Shown here piece by piece: positions 35,101-48,370 of a stretch of 64,000 nt of DNA. The translations under genes and the position numbers were made by a program. The notes beneath the pieces were generated by a model. The model did not search any database. It was not told where the DNA came from and saw only the letters and a program-made list of their open reading frames with translations. Every line of letters begins with the position of its first letter. The first letter of the stretch is position 1. Origin of the DNA: Squalus acanthias (Eukaryota); NCBI GenBank assembly GCA_030390025.1, contig CM059432.1:35404001-35468000 (forward strand), given 5' to 3'.

Positions 35101-36836
35101 AACTCGATATTGAGTCCGGAATACATATTTTGGTTCTGTCTTCACAAAGGAGGACACAAATGAACTGCCAGAGATGTCGGGGAACATAGGCTCTAATGAG
35201 AGGGAGGAATTGAATGAAATCAGTATTTGTAGGGAAATGGTGTTAGGGAAATTGACAGGATTGAAGGCCGATAAATCCCCAGGGCCTGATAATCTACATC
35301 CTAGGGTACTTAAGGAAGTGGCCCTAGAAATAGTAGATGCATTGCTGGTCATCTTCCAAAATTCTATAGACTCGAACAGTTCCCATGGATTGGATGATAG
35401 CTAATGTAACCCCACTATTCAAAAAAGGTGGTAGAGAGAAAATGGGGAATGTAAGCTTGACATCAGTAGTGGGGAAAATGCTAGAGTCCATTATAAAAGA
35501 TGTAATAGCAGAGCACTTGGAAAATAGTGACAGGATCGGACAAAGTCAACATGGATTTACAAAAGGTAAATTATGCTTGACTAATCTACTGGAATTTTTT
35601 TGAGGATGTAACTGGTAGAATAGATAAGGGAGAACCAGTGGATGTGGTGTATTTGAACTTTCAGAAGGCTTTCGATAAGGTCCCGCATAAGAGATTAGCG
35701 TGCAAAGTTAAAGCACACGGGATTGGGGGTAAGGTACTGTCTTGGATAGAAAACTGGTTGGCAGACAGGAAGCAAAGAGTTGGAATAAATGGGTCTTTTT
35801 CCGAGTGGCAGGCAGTGACTAGTGGGGTACCGCAGGGATCGGTGCTAGGACCCCAGTCATTCACAATATATATTAATGATCTATCCAAGGGAACTAGATG
35901 CAATATCTCCAAGTTTGCAGACGACACAAAGCTGGGTGGGCGTGTGTGCTGTGAGGAGGTTGCAGAAAAACTCCAGTATGATTTGGACAGGTTGGGTGAT
36001 TATACTGCATCTGCCATGCATCTGCCCAATGTGGATAAATGCGAGGTTATCCACTTCGGTGGCAAAAAGAGGAAGGCAGATTATCTGAACGGCAATAGAT
36101 TGGGAAAAGGGGAAGTGCAACGAGACCTGGATGTCCTTGTGCACCAGTCGCTGAAGGTAAGCATGCAGGTGCAGCAGGCGGTTAAGAAGGCAAATGGTAT
36201 GTTGGCCTTCATAGCGAGAGGATTAGAGTACAGGAGCAAGGATGTCTTGCTGCAGTTGTACAGGGCCTTGGTGAGACCACACCTTGAATATTGTGTACAG
36301 TTTTGGTCGCCTTATCTGAGGAAGGATGTTCTTGCCATGGAGAGAGTGCAGCGAAGATTTACCAGACTGATACCTGGGATGGCAGGAATGACGTATGAAG
36401 AGAGATTGGGTCGATTGGGCTTGTATACGCTAGAGTTTAGAAGAATGAGAGGGGATCTCATTGAAACTTATAAAATTCTAACAGGACTAGACAGACTAGA
36501 TGCAGGAAGGATGTTCCCGATGGTGGGGGGAGTCCAGAACCAGGGGTCACAGTCTAAAGATAAGGGGTAAGCCATTTAGGACTGAGATGAGGAGGAATTT
36601 CTTCACCCAGAGAGTGGTGAACCTGTGGAATTCTCTACCACAGAAGACAGTTGAGTCCAATTCATTAAATATATTCAAGAAGGAGTTAGATATATTTCTT
36701 AAGGCTAAGGGGATCAAGGGATATGGGGAGAAAGCAGGGACAGGGTACTGAATTTGGATAATCAGCCATGATCGCATTGAACGGCGGAGCAGGCTCGAGG
36801 GGCCGAATGGCCTACTCCTATCTTCTATGTTTCTAT
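32181..36836 (+). mobile_element. Full-length CR1/HER1-type LINE: 5'UTR, ORF1 (Cys zinc finger + SGNH esterase), ORF2 (APE + RT), 3' tail; inactivated
   Basis: ORF1 has CxxC..CxxC, IGDSIVR, HIGTND and DGLHL; ORF2 has GITETW, GGGV, GDFN, SDH, QHGF, PQGS and FADD; inserted in a SINE/L2 tail caacttgcat|ttatatagc. Confidence 0.95.
34715..35119 (-). mobile_element. Penelope-like 3' fragment inserted into the CR1 ORF2
   Basis: Homologous to 6611-7060 and 58515-58930; TSD AATACATA at 34707-34714 and 35120-35127. Confidence 0.88.
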
Positions 36837-38857
36837 ATTTATATAGCACCTTTAACATAGAAAAATGTCCCACGATGCTTCAGAGGCTTAATCAGACAAA
36901 AACGGACGCAACCCAAAGAAACGCCATGGGTCCTGCTCCTGATCACTATCCAGTGCCCCCCTACTGAAAAGCATGTGTGTGTGGCCATCTAGTGACAAAA
37001 ACCTCAAAATGTGATACGCTCGTCATAGTTGAACTGCCTGACGACAGCAAATACATGAAAAATTGCCATGTGGTCAATTAACAGGAGGGCCATTAGCACT
37101 TGTGGAACAAAAACACTTCTATTTCTATAGCACCTTCCGTCTCAGAAACCTCTCAAAGTGCTTCACTTAAAATTAATTAATTTGAAGTGCAGTGAATCTT
37201 ATTATGTAGGCAAACATGGCAGCCATTTTGCACACAGTAAGACCACAAACAGCAATGAAACAAATGACTAGTTAATTGATTTTTTTGGCAGTCAGTTGAG
37301 GGAATGAATATTGGCCAAGACCCAAGCACAACTCTCCGGGCTCCTTCAATGTTTCCCAACATTACAACAGTGATTACACTTCAATGGTACTTCATTGGCT
37401 GTAAAACGCTTTGGGACGTCCAGAGGTTGTAAAAGGCTCTCTATAAATGCAAGTTCTTCCTTTGATCTCTTTGGGATCTCTAACACCAAAAGCACTGGAA
37501 CAAGCAGATGGTTTAATGTCTCAATCTTCAGTACTGCATGAACAGTGTCACCCTAGATGATACACTCAAGTGCTGGAGTACGAACTCGACCAACAACATT
37601 ATGAGCCAAGCTGACACACAAACCCAGTGAAGCGTCAGTTAAAAATGAATGTTTTTTAATCAAGTAATCTGGGAAAGGTCTTCGGGAGGGACCAGTTAAA
37701 GTAAACAGCTTAGATCGAAGACAATGATAGGAAGCAACTACATTCCTGGCAACATGTGAAATGTAAATTGTACATTTATGAGGTAAATATTGGAACGGTC
37801 CAACCTGCAGAACATTACAGGAAATCATTTAAAAAGGACTGTTTTCAGAACAAAACAAGATGGTCTTAAAGGGGCCGCATCACTGCCAGTTTATTGAGCA
37901 CAGCTTTCTCTATTGTTATGGGGGGTGGGGTGGGGGAATATCACCCCTCAGTGGCTCCACGGGAAAATGTTACAGCTCAGTACTGAGCTACTTACACCTA
38001 ACACACCAGAAGTTCAATCTCTGGTGTGGTATGGGCGACTGATTTCAGGTCTGGTGGTGGCAAGGGAAACTACAATTAGTCTCAATGCTGAGATGGGGTG
38101 GTGGTGGGGGGGAGCAATCAGCCAGGGTTTCCCTGCTCCTATTATTTAACAAGACCTGCTGGCAGATGCACATTTGTAGATTCCAGCTGAGGGTAGGATT
38201 AGGCTTAACTGCCCTGCTCACCACAGTTGAACACTCATTGTTCAGATTCTCACATGAACAATGACCAGTTGAGTGAGAGGGCTGCTGCTGCTTGTGGTTA
38301 TGTACAACAGCATGAGTTAGCACTGCCGGAAGAGGAGAGGGAAGGCTAAATAACACAGAAATATAACTTGGGAGTGCACACTATGCCATCCCCTCTTCCC
38401 CCTCAAAAAATGAGCATTCATCTTTGCCTTCACTTTAGTGGAGTTTCAGAACTGGGAACATACTCTCGATCACATCAATGGCAAGCGCTCCAAGGCAGAC
38501 CTGCTCCCATGCCACCGTATATAAATAGGGGTTTTTCCCTTACTGAAACCAGACTATCCTCACTGGGAATGATGTTGGCAATGACCCTTCTAAAAAGGGG
38601 AATGCAACTATTTTTTCCTGTGAGGACTGAAAAAGTAATGGTGCAGGAATGAGCATGCAGCTCTTTATACCATGTAGTCACACCCACAGTTGGGATATTT
38701 TTGGGGAGTTGGGTGGGGTGAGAATAGTGAGGGGCGAAGGATTTTCCACAGATCCCTAACAGGAATTTCCTCGACTTCTAATGCAGTTAGCTCAAGTTAG
38801 CATATGGTGCCGTAGGTGCCAACAGGCCTTGCGTGTCTTAACTAAGTCATAATCTTC

Positions 38858-40650
38858 ATAGAGTCATAATGCCACCGAAGGAGGCCATTCGGCCCATCGA
38901 GTCTGTGCCGGCTCTCTGTAGAGCAATCCAGTCAATCCCATTCCCCTGCTCTATCCCCGAAGCCCTGCAAGTTTATTTCCCTCAAGTGCCTATCCAGTCT
39001 CCCCTTGAAAACATGGAGTGTCTCCGCTTCCCCCACTTCCATCGGCAGCGAATTCGAGGTCATCACCACTCGCTGCGTAAAAAAGTTTTTCCTCACGTCT
39101 CCCCTGTATCTCTTGCCCTAAACCTTAAATCTGTGTCCCCTAGTACTTGTACCATCAACTAGTGGGAACAGCCTTTCCCCATCTAGCCTATCCAAACCCG
39201 TCATAATCTTGTACACCTCTATCAAATCACCCCTCAACCTCCTTTGCTCTAATGAAAACAAATCCAGCTTCTCCCACCTGTCCTTGTAGCCAAGATCCCC
39301 CATCCGTGGAACCATTTAGGTAAATCTCCTCTGCACCCTCTCAAGGGCCTTCACATCGTTCCTAAAGTGTGGTGACCAGAACTGGACACAATACTCCAGT
39401 TGTGGCCAAACCAGCGCTTTATAAAGGTTCAGCATAACTTCTCTACTTTTGTACTCAATACCTCTATTTATGAAGCCTAAGATCCCATATGCTTTGTTAA
39501 CCACTCTCTCAATATGTCCTGCCACCTTCAGGAACCTATGCACATGAACTCCCAGGTCCCTCTGTCCCTGCACACTCTTTAAAACTGTGCCATTAAGTAT
39601 ATATTGCCTCTCCCTGTTCCTTCTGCCAAAATGCATCACCTCACACTTCTCTGTATTAAATTCCATCTGCCACTTGTCTGCCCATTCTGCTAGCCTTTCT
39701 ATGTCCTGTTGCAGTCGATTGGTATCATCCTCACTATTTGCCACACCCCCAAGTTTGGTGTCATCGGCAAATTTAGAAATTCTACTCTGTATTCCAATAT
39801 GCAGGATATATATATATATATCTCAAAAAAAAGTAGTGGCCCCAGCACTGACCCTTGGGGAACACATCCTCCAGTCTGAAAAACAGCCATTTACCACAAC
39901 TCGCTGTTTTCTGTCCTTAAGCCAATTCCTTATCCAAGCTGCCACTGACCCACCTATTCCAGGACCCTCAATTTTGTTAACCAGCCTTCTATGTGGTACT
40001 TTGCCAAACGCCTTCTGAAATCCACGTAGACAACATCCACTGCATTCCCTTCATCAATCCTCCCTGTTACTTCATCAAAAATTTCAATTAGATTAGTCAA
40101 ACACGATCTGCCTTTTACAAATCCGTGTTGGCTCTCCTTAATTAGCTTAAACCTCTCCAAGTGCCCGTTAATTTTTTCCTTGATTATTGTTTCTAAAACT
40201 TTACCCACCACTGATGTTAAACTGACCGGCCTGTAGTTACTAGGATTGTCCTTATACCTTTTCTTGAACAATGGTGTCACATTTGCCACTTTCCAATCCT
40301 CAGGCACCTCCCCCGCATCTAGGGAAGATTTGGAAAATTATGGCAAGCCTTTCCACTATCTCCTCCCCCAATTCCCTTAGCAACCTGGGATGCAAGCCAT
40401 CTGGACCAGGCAACTTGTCCACTCTAAGCATACCCAGCCTTTCTAGTACATCCTGTCCATCAATTTTCACCCCTTCCATTGCTTCTACCTTTTCCACTTC
40501 TACTGATATTTTGTCAGCATCCACCTCCTTAGTAAACACCGAAACAAAGTACTCATTGAGTATTCTAGCCTTGCCCTGCGCCTCTAAACATATATGACCT
40601 TCTTTGTCTCCAATAGGCCCCACCCCGCCTCTTACTATTTACATGCCGGT
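38858..40650 (-). mobile_element. 5'-truncated CR1-type LINE
   Basis: Minus-strand ORFs with PGPDGLHP, NYRPVSLTS, QHGF and PQLEYC. Confidence 0.93.
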
Positions 40651-43479
40651 AGAACTCATATGTGAACTTAGAAGACTCTTTAACCATGGAGGTCTCCCAT
40701 CCCACATTTGGCATTCACATGTTCATATTTGCCAGCTTGGCATGAGGAAGTGGTTGTGGCTGTTAACAATGATTAGAAGTGGGAAGCCAACCTATTTATT
40801 TCTGCTCTGCAGCCTGGGAGACTCTAAGTCAGCATCTGAGATCAACTTATTCAGCAGAGAGGAGTGGAAGTACTATTCCTGGCCATTTGACTCAGTACCA
40901 CATCATAAAGGGAAATACGTGAGGAGATTGAAGAATGGGTCAACCCTGCACCTCGCCCCCAGGCTGCTCTTGATCAATACATACCAACTGGTTACAGAAT
41001 AGCGTTGGTTGTGTTACAGGATGAAATACATGAAATGAAGATTTGCAAACAGTGCTTAAATTTCTGCTCTTTAGTCAGGATAAGGCCTTCTCCCTCCTTC
41101 TTCCCCACAATCACTTTTTCCACTGACCAGGTCTCGCTATCTCACTTGGCTGATGACGTCCTTCGAATGAGGTGTTAAGCTGAGGCTCAGTCCGCCGCTT
41201 CAAGTAGATGTTGAAGACCCCACGACACTAGAGTTGGGAGTTGTCCCAGTGTCCTGGCTAACATTTATCCCTCAACCAACACCACAAAAAATAAACAGAT
41301 CAACCGTTTGTTCATCTCATTACTGTTTGTGGGCTGCTGCATTTCCCTATAATAGAAGTCTTTGCATTTTAATAATAAATTCATAGCATAAGTTACTTTG
41401 AGGTGTTTAAATAATGTGAAAAATCTTATATTAATGATGCACTCTCACTGCTGCTATGAACCAGCTGCTAAAACATAGATGACCGTATCCAGGAAGGGGT
41501 GCACCAATCCTCCCTCCCTGCATCTATGCAAGTTTACTTTGTTCAGTGCCTGTCCGCAGCCATCTGATATACAAGTGACCGAAAGAGGATTAGACTCCAC
41601 CAACAGCCTATGGGTGAACATACTGTCCTCAAACTTACTGAGCCATACTGGCTTGAAGGGCCCGGATTCCATTCCTTGCCTGCGCTGAAGTTAGTGATTT
41701 CAGTTGAGGCAGGGGTCGGGTGCTACAATTGTCTGCAGAACCACGGTGCTTGGAAAAATAAAATCAGCAAGGGTTTCCATTCCTTGTTGCTGTTCTGCTG
41801 AAAATGTGAGTGCGCGCGAGAGAGAGATCAATCGAACGCGCGTAAATATGACTGGTTTGGCTGTAATGCCCTCCACAGTTCAATAGCCTGCCTGCTAAGA
41901 CTTACCATTCAGGGTGACTCCAGAACAGTCACTTGCATGAGATTGACGAACGTAAGTGAAACTGTACCACAGCAAGAGTCAGCACCTTTAGAAGCCAGAA
42001 ATGAGCAAAAGAAAACCCCAACATAAGCTTACCTCCCACAGGTACACCAGTCACCTGAGACACCTATTCTACATGGCTACCATCTTTTAACAAGTCCAAA
42101 ACAAGGTAGAGAGCAAGGTAGTGGGATCATTGGTCAATAAAAGTCCTGATAAAAGTCTGTGGATAACACCTCAGAAATAAATTTGGGGGACTTACTTTTT
42201 TTTTTTTAAATGGCGCCCACTTTCCAGATGTCCAAGTCCAGTAATGGATGGATAGAAACCCTAATCTCTTAACAAAGATGATGCTGTATATTTTTAATGC
42301 TTCAAGACTGTTAAGTTTTGAGCTTTTTTATTCTTTCTTCCCTTAATGGAAAGGGTTTTGGGATTGAGATGTGATTAAGTCTTGTCTTTTAAAACAAAAT
42401 TTAAACCTGTGCAAATTAAAAGAAATGTGGCAGGCATGAAATATGTGTATTGAAGCCAGACAGGCCAGTTTGCAGAATTTAAAACTGTTACTCTGTACGT
42501 TCACTTGCTGTCTGTAAAATAAAGCTGCTCAACGATTCATATCTGGCTTCATCTCATCAAGTGTTTCTTAGTCCGCCTTAGAAAAAATTGGAGAAGTGCA
42601 CGTGAGGGCACATGTTAGTGACCAATATTCAGTTCCGATCACAAGGTTCTCCTATTGTTACGCCCCCAGGTTATGCTATTGTACAATTAGATATTGGGCA
42701 GTGCAGACACACTCCTGAACACAAGACACTAGGACCACTTACGAGAGTGGCCACCACTGCTGTACCCAAGAGAATATCGAAGGCAGATCTGAAACTTGCA
42801 TCAGGAACTGTGGAGGAGGAATGGACTTGGCTGAACCAATGTTCTGCTTCCAGCCCAGCTGTCTCTCTTTGATCGGGCAAAATTAAAACTGCACTGGCAC
42901 ACAGTGCTTGGAAGTGGGAACTGGGTGCGCTGGTACAAGCTTGACTGTGAAATATGAGCTTAATACAGCTCATCAAAGCCAAATGGAAGATAATGATCGC
43001 CTGTACACATGCAAATGGCGCCGATTCTTCCCTCAAAAGAAAATTTCCCAAACCTACAATCTTTAAGGACATTTTAATTTTTCACACACCCATTCAGAAT
43101 TCAATTTATTTTCCTTCAAGAAAGCTTGTTTGGTGAGAATAAAAATATTTGCATTTATATAGGGCGTAATGGCACCAACATTTCACATATCACTTCAGAT
43201 ACACCAAATGACTCTGGATCGCAGTCAAACGCACAGCTATGCTGTGTACAGCCAGGTTCCACAAACAGCAATGAGATGAAGGATCAGTCAAGCTGGTTTT
43301 TTGGTGGTGTTGGTTGAAGGAGAAATGTTGGTCAGGACATTGGGAGAACTCTGCTCTTTTGCAAGTAGTCCCATGGAGTTTTTAACGCCCATCTGAAGAG
43401 ACAGACATTTTCATGGTTTACTGCTTCATATGAAAACAGCATATAGAATATATATTACTGACCTGAGCACCTTCAACAA

Positions 43480-43535
43480 TGGGGGGGGGGGGGGGAAGGA
43501 GAAGAGGGGGGGTAGAAAGAGAATCACAGGATGAA

Positions 43536-43581
<46 letters not shown>

Positions 43582-43750
43582 AAAGAGGGGGAGAGGAAAC
43601 GAGTGAGGCACAAAGGAGGCGAGTGAGCCAGAGAAAGAACGGAGATAGGAGCACAATAGAGAAAACAGCGAAGAAAATGACAGAAGATGCAGTAAGAGAA
43701 GGTAAAGGGCAATGAAAGAGACAGAGCAGGAGCAAGCAAAAGGGAGAGAC
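43480..43750 (+). repeat. Poly-G, (GA)n microsatellite and purine-rich low-complexity tract
   Basis: (GA)n run at about 43540-43573, read directly. Confidence 0.9.
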
Positions 43751-44179
43751 GCCTTCTAACAACGCTTGAAGTTGTCTTCAGTTTTGAGTGTATTCTCAGG
43801 TCTGTCTATTGCCTGAAGTGCTAGTGATTACTGTATATATTATTCAGCAATCCCTGGCTGAGTGTAATTTGAACTGATGCTCGCAAAACCCCAACCAATT
43901 ATAATGCAAGACTGATGATGACTATATCCATTTTTGTACGTAGAAAGGTTTAAAAATCGGGTGCGGGAGCAAGGTATGGAACATAGGATTGGAGGAGGGT
44001 GCAAAGGCAAAAATCATGAAACAACCTGAGTGAGGTAGCAGCATGTAGCTGGTAGTTGTGCAACCGTACCCCTGTAAGGGCACAGAAACGTCTGAGGAGA
44101 AAGGGAGGGAATGACTAATAATACTAACTAAAAATAAATTAACACTGGCACTAAAATATGGATATGCAATAAGTAGTTA

Positions 44180-45154
44180 TCCCTTGCTGTTTGTAGTGTA
44201 CATTAATGATTTAGATATGAATGTAGGAGGTATGATCAGTAAGTTCGCAGATGACACGAAAATTGGTGGGGTGGTAAATAGCGAGGAGGGAAGCCTCAGG
44301 CTACAGGACGATATAGACGGGATGGTTAGATGGGCAGAACAGTGGCAAATGGAATTTAACCTTGAAAAGTGTGAGGTGATGCATTTTGGGAGGACTTACA
44401 AGGCAAGGGAATACACAATGAATGGTAGGACCCTAGGAAGGACAGAGGAACCTTGGTGTGCATGTACATTGATCCCTGAAGGCAGCAGTACAAGTAGATA
44501 AGGTGGTTAAAAAGGCATATGGGATACTTGCCTTCATGAGCCGAGGCATAGAATATAAGAGCAGGGAGGTTATGATGGAGCTGTACAAAACGCTAGTTAG
44601 GCCACAGCTGGAATATTGTGTGCAGTTCTGGTCGCCCTCTATAGGGAGGATGTGATTGCATTGGAGAGGGTGCAGAGGAGATTCACCAGGATGTTACCTG
44701 GGCTGGAGCGTTTCAGCTATGAAGAGAGACTGGACAGGCTGGGGTTGTTTTCCTTAGAGCAGAGAAGGCGGAGGGGGGACCTGATTGAGGAGTACAAAAT
44801 TATGATGGTCATAGATAGGATAGATAGAAAGGAACTTTTCCCCTTAGTAGAGGGGTCGATAACTCAGGGGCATAGTTTCAAGGTAAGGGGCAGGAGGTTT
44901 AGAGGGGATTTGAGGAAAAACTTTTTCACCCAGAGGGTGGTTGGAATCTGGAACTCACTGCCTGAAAGGGTGGTAGAGGCAGGAACCCTCACAACATTCA
45001 AGAAGCATTTAGACGAGCACTTGAAAACGCCACAGCATACAAGGCTACGGACCAAGTGCTGGAAAATGGGATTAGAATAGATAGGGCTTGATGGCCAGCG
45101 CAGACACGATGGGCCGAAGGGCCTCTTTCTGTGCTGTATAACTCTATGACTATC
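44180..45154 (+). mobile_element. CR1-type LINE 3' part, same subfamily as 14621-15954, opposite orientation
   Basis: Near-identical to the reverse complement of ~14621-15600. Confidence 0.93.
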
Positions 45155-45270
45155 TATTATAATAGTCATGTACAGCTTTGTCAAGGGTAAACAGTGCTGT
45201 GTACAACCTCTGTCCTTGCTCCAAGTGTACACACTCAGCTCCTGTAGTTCAGCCATGGCACTCGGCCGGT

Positions 45271-45706
45271 GGGCAACACGGTGGCATAGTGGTTAGCACT
45301 GGTGCCTCACAGCGCCAGAGACCCGGGTTCGAATCTGACCTCGGGTGACTGTCTGTGTGGAGTTTGCACATTCTCCCCGTGTCTGCGTGGGTTTCCTCCG
45401 GGTGCTCCGGTTTCCTCCCACAGTCCAAAAATGTGTGGGTTAGGTTGATTTGGCTATGATAAATTGACCCTTAGTGTTAGGGGGGATTAAATATGTGGGG
45501 TCATGGGGATAGGATGGGATATGTTAGGGGGAATTAAATATGTGGGGTTACGGGGGTAGGGTGGGATATGTGTACTGTGGGGATTAAAGCAGGGACAGGG
45601 TACTGGATTTGGATGATCAGCCATGATCGTATTGAATGGCGGAGCAGGCTCGACGGGCCGAATGGCCTACTCCTGCTCCTAGATTCTATGTTTCTATGTT
45701 TCTATG
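45271..45706 (+). mobile_element. HE1-type V-SINE, full length
   Basis: tRNA head (TGGCATAGTGG / GGTTCGAATC), V-domain gtgtggagtttgcacattctccccgtgtctgcgtgggtttcctccgggtgctccggtttcctcccaca, and CR1-derived tail with (ttctatgt)n. Confidence 0.88.
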
Positions 45707-45749
45707 TGTGCTGAGAGAGAGCCAACAAAAACACAGCAAGAAAACTGGA

Positions 45750-45902
45750 AAGGGGCGCGAGAGGGGGGAGCGAGAGAGGGGGGGGGGAGGGAGCGAGAGA
45801 GGGGGAGGGAGCGAGAGAGGGGGGGGGAGCGGGAGAGGGGGAGCGGGAGAGGGGGAGCGGGAGAGGGGGAGCGGGAGAGGGGGAGCGGGAGAGGGGGAGC
45901 GG
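45750..45902 (+). repeat. G/A-rich tandem repeat (GGGAGAGGGGGAGC)n abutting the gap
   Basis: Read directly. Confidence 0.9.
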
Positions 45903-46402
45903 NNNNNNNNNNNNNNNNNNNNNNNNNNNNNNNNNNNNNNNNNNNNNNNNNNNNNNNNNNNNNNNNNNNNNNNNNNNNNNNNNNNNNNNNNNNNNNNNNN
46001 NNNNNNNNNNNNNNNNNNNNNNNNNNNNNNNNNNNNNNNNNNNNNNNNNNNNNNNNNNNNNNNNNNNNNNNNNNNNNNNNNNNNNNNNNNNNNNNNNNNN
46101 NNNNNNNNNNNNNNNNNNNNNNNNNNNNNNNNNNNNNNNNNNNNNNNNNNNNNNNNNNNNNNNNNNNNNNNNNNNNNNNNNNNNNNNNNNNNNNNNNNNN
46201 NNNNNNNNNNNNNNNNNNNNNNNNNNNNNNNNNNNNNNNNNNNNNNNNNNNNNNNNNNNNNNNNNNNNNNNNNNNNNNNNNNNNNNNNNNNNNNNNNNNN
46301 NNNNNNNNNNNNNNNNNNNNNNNNNNNNNNNNNNNNNNNNNNNNNNNNNNNNNNNNNNNNNNNNNNNNNNNNNNNNNNNNNNNNNNNNNNNNNNNNNNNN
46401 NN
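45903..46402. other. Assembly gap (500 N)
   Basis: Run of N; the round size suggests a placeholder of unknown true length. Confidence 0.99.
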
Positions 46403-47830
46403 TATCACCCTGTCATATGCATTGTTCTAATGAAAAAAAAAGCCTCAATTTCTCAAGTATTTCTTCATATCTAAAGTTCCTCACACCAGGCTGCATCCTG
46501 ATGAATCTGCACTGTACCCTCTTTAAAGCCTGAATATTCTTCCTATAGTGTGAAGCCCAGTACTGCAAACAATACTCTGAGGTTTTATACAGGCTCATCT
46601 TTTGGGTTTTATTCTATAACTCATCATAAAACCTCAAAATTAATTTGCTTTTTTGTGGCCTTATCAACCTGATGTGCTGCCTTTAATGTCCTATGAACTT
46701 GCACCCCCAAAATCGCTCTGCTCTTCCACAGCACCAAGCCACTTCCATTCAGATTGTAATTGAACCAAAATGTATCACCACGCACTTACTGACATTGAAT
46801 TCCATCTGCCACTTTTCACATCCTAGGATCTAAGGGAGGTGAGGAAGGAACTTGTAGAGGCTGTATTCCCCCACCTTATCAATATCTCTCTTCAGCATCC
46901 TTTGATCTGCTAAAGAATTAGCCATACCTCCTATTTTGGTACAACATGCAAATTTTGACACCACTCCCTTTAGGCTGATAACCAAATCATTGATATACAC
47001 GGTGGACACAACTGATCCCTGTGGGACACCAATAAGCACTTCCAACTGCTGTGAAGAATTGCCATTAACTCCTCTCTAACCAATTTTTAATCCAGTTTGC
47101 TATCCTCCCCTTAATTCCATTCCTCTCAATCCTCTCTAATAGTCTCTAGTGCAGTACCTAATCAAAGCCTCTCTTAAAGTTCATGTACACCACATCTACT
47201 GCATTTCCCCATCTATCATGTCTGCTGCCTCAACAATTCTATAAGGTTTCTTGAGCACGATCATTCAATTTTGAAGTCCGTGCTGGTGATTTAGTTCTAA
47301 CTACTTTCTCTTTATATAGATGCATTGTAATTTCATATTTAGAGACTCTTAAAAATTTCCATGATCACAGATGTTAAACTAACTGGCCTGTAATTACCTG
47401 GATTAGCTACGTCTTCCTTTCTATAAATGGGTATTACACTGACCACTCTCCAGCACACATCCTCTCTCAGTAGAGGCCTGAAATATAATTTCCAGGGCCT
47501 CTGCTATTTCCTCCCTCAGGATCCAAGGATGTATCCCATCAGGCACTTGGTCTTCCTTTAGCCTAACTAACTTATCGAAAAGTTTCCATTTATCCATCAT
47601 AATAGTCGCTCACCTCACTCTCAACTTTCTTCAGGATTCACTTGCTCTCGCAACATCATGCTCTTGACTGAAGTCAAGTACTTATTAAATATCTCCACCA
47701 TTTTTTGACCATTACAAATCGACAGACCTCTCCTTGCAGAGTTCCAACCTTACTTTAACAATTCTCTTTTTACCAATATACTTGTAAAATACCTTACTGT
47801 TCCTTTCGATGGTTTTTGAATTATTTTCCT
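46403..47830 (-). mobile_element. Old degraded CR1-type LINE
   Basis: GVPQGSV, VSKFA and EYCLQYW remnants on the minus strand. Confidence 0.8.
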
Positions 47831-48029
47831 CAGCGAGTCAGTAACCCTCTCACCTCGGTTAAAAGCTGTGGGTCCAAGTCCCACTTCAGGACTCAAGCAC
47901 ATAATCTGATCTTTTCAGTGTAGTACTGAGTGATGTCTGTCATTGAGATGAGGCTGTGCTCGTTGTTCAGGTGGATGCTAAGGATCCCACATCCCTATTC
48001 TCCCAGGGTCCTGGTATATACTCCTCCCT

Positions 48030-48370
48030 CCAATAGAGTAGATAAAGAGCAACTATTACCTCTGGTGGGGGAAATCCAGAACATGAGGGCATAACCTTAA
48101 AAATTAGCTAGGCCATTTTGAAGTGAAATCAAGAAGCCCTTCTTCACAAAGGGTAGTGGAAATCCAGAACTCTCTCCTCCAAAAAGCTGTTGATGCTCGA
48201 TCAATTGAAATTTTTAAGACTAGAGATCGATATATTTTTATTATTAGGTAAAGGTATCAAGGGATATGGATCAAAGGCGGATAAATGGAGTTGAGGTAGA
48301 GATCAGCCATGATCCGATTGAATGGAGAAACAGGCTCTAGGCGCTGAATGGTTAACTCTTGCTCCTATGA
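48030..48370 (+). mobile_element. CR1 3' end inserted in a SINE
   Basis: Tail gatcagccatgatccgattgaatgg...; SINE halves on both sides. Confidence 0.7.

Noticed and set aside
43418..43762. ORFs rich in ER/SL dipeptides
   Set aside because: Translation of the (GA)n microsatellite and purine-rich tract.
45271..45345. Possible tRNA gene
   Set aside because: A/B boxes continue into the V-domain and CR1 tail, so this is a SINE head. The same applies to other tRNA-like heads in the window.
45636..46474. Long ORFs of 240-264 aa
   Set aside because: Artefacts of the N gap and the G/A-rich repeat.
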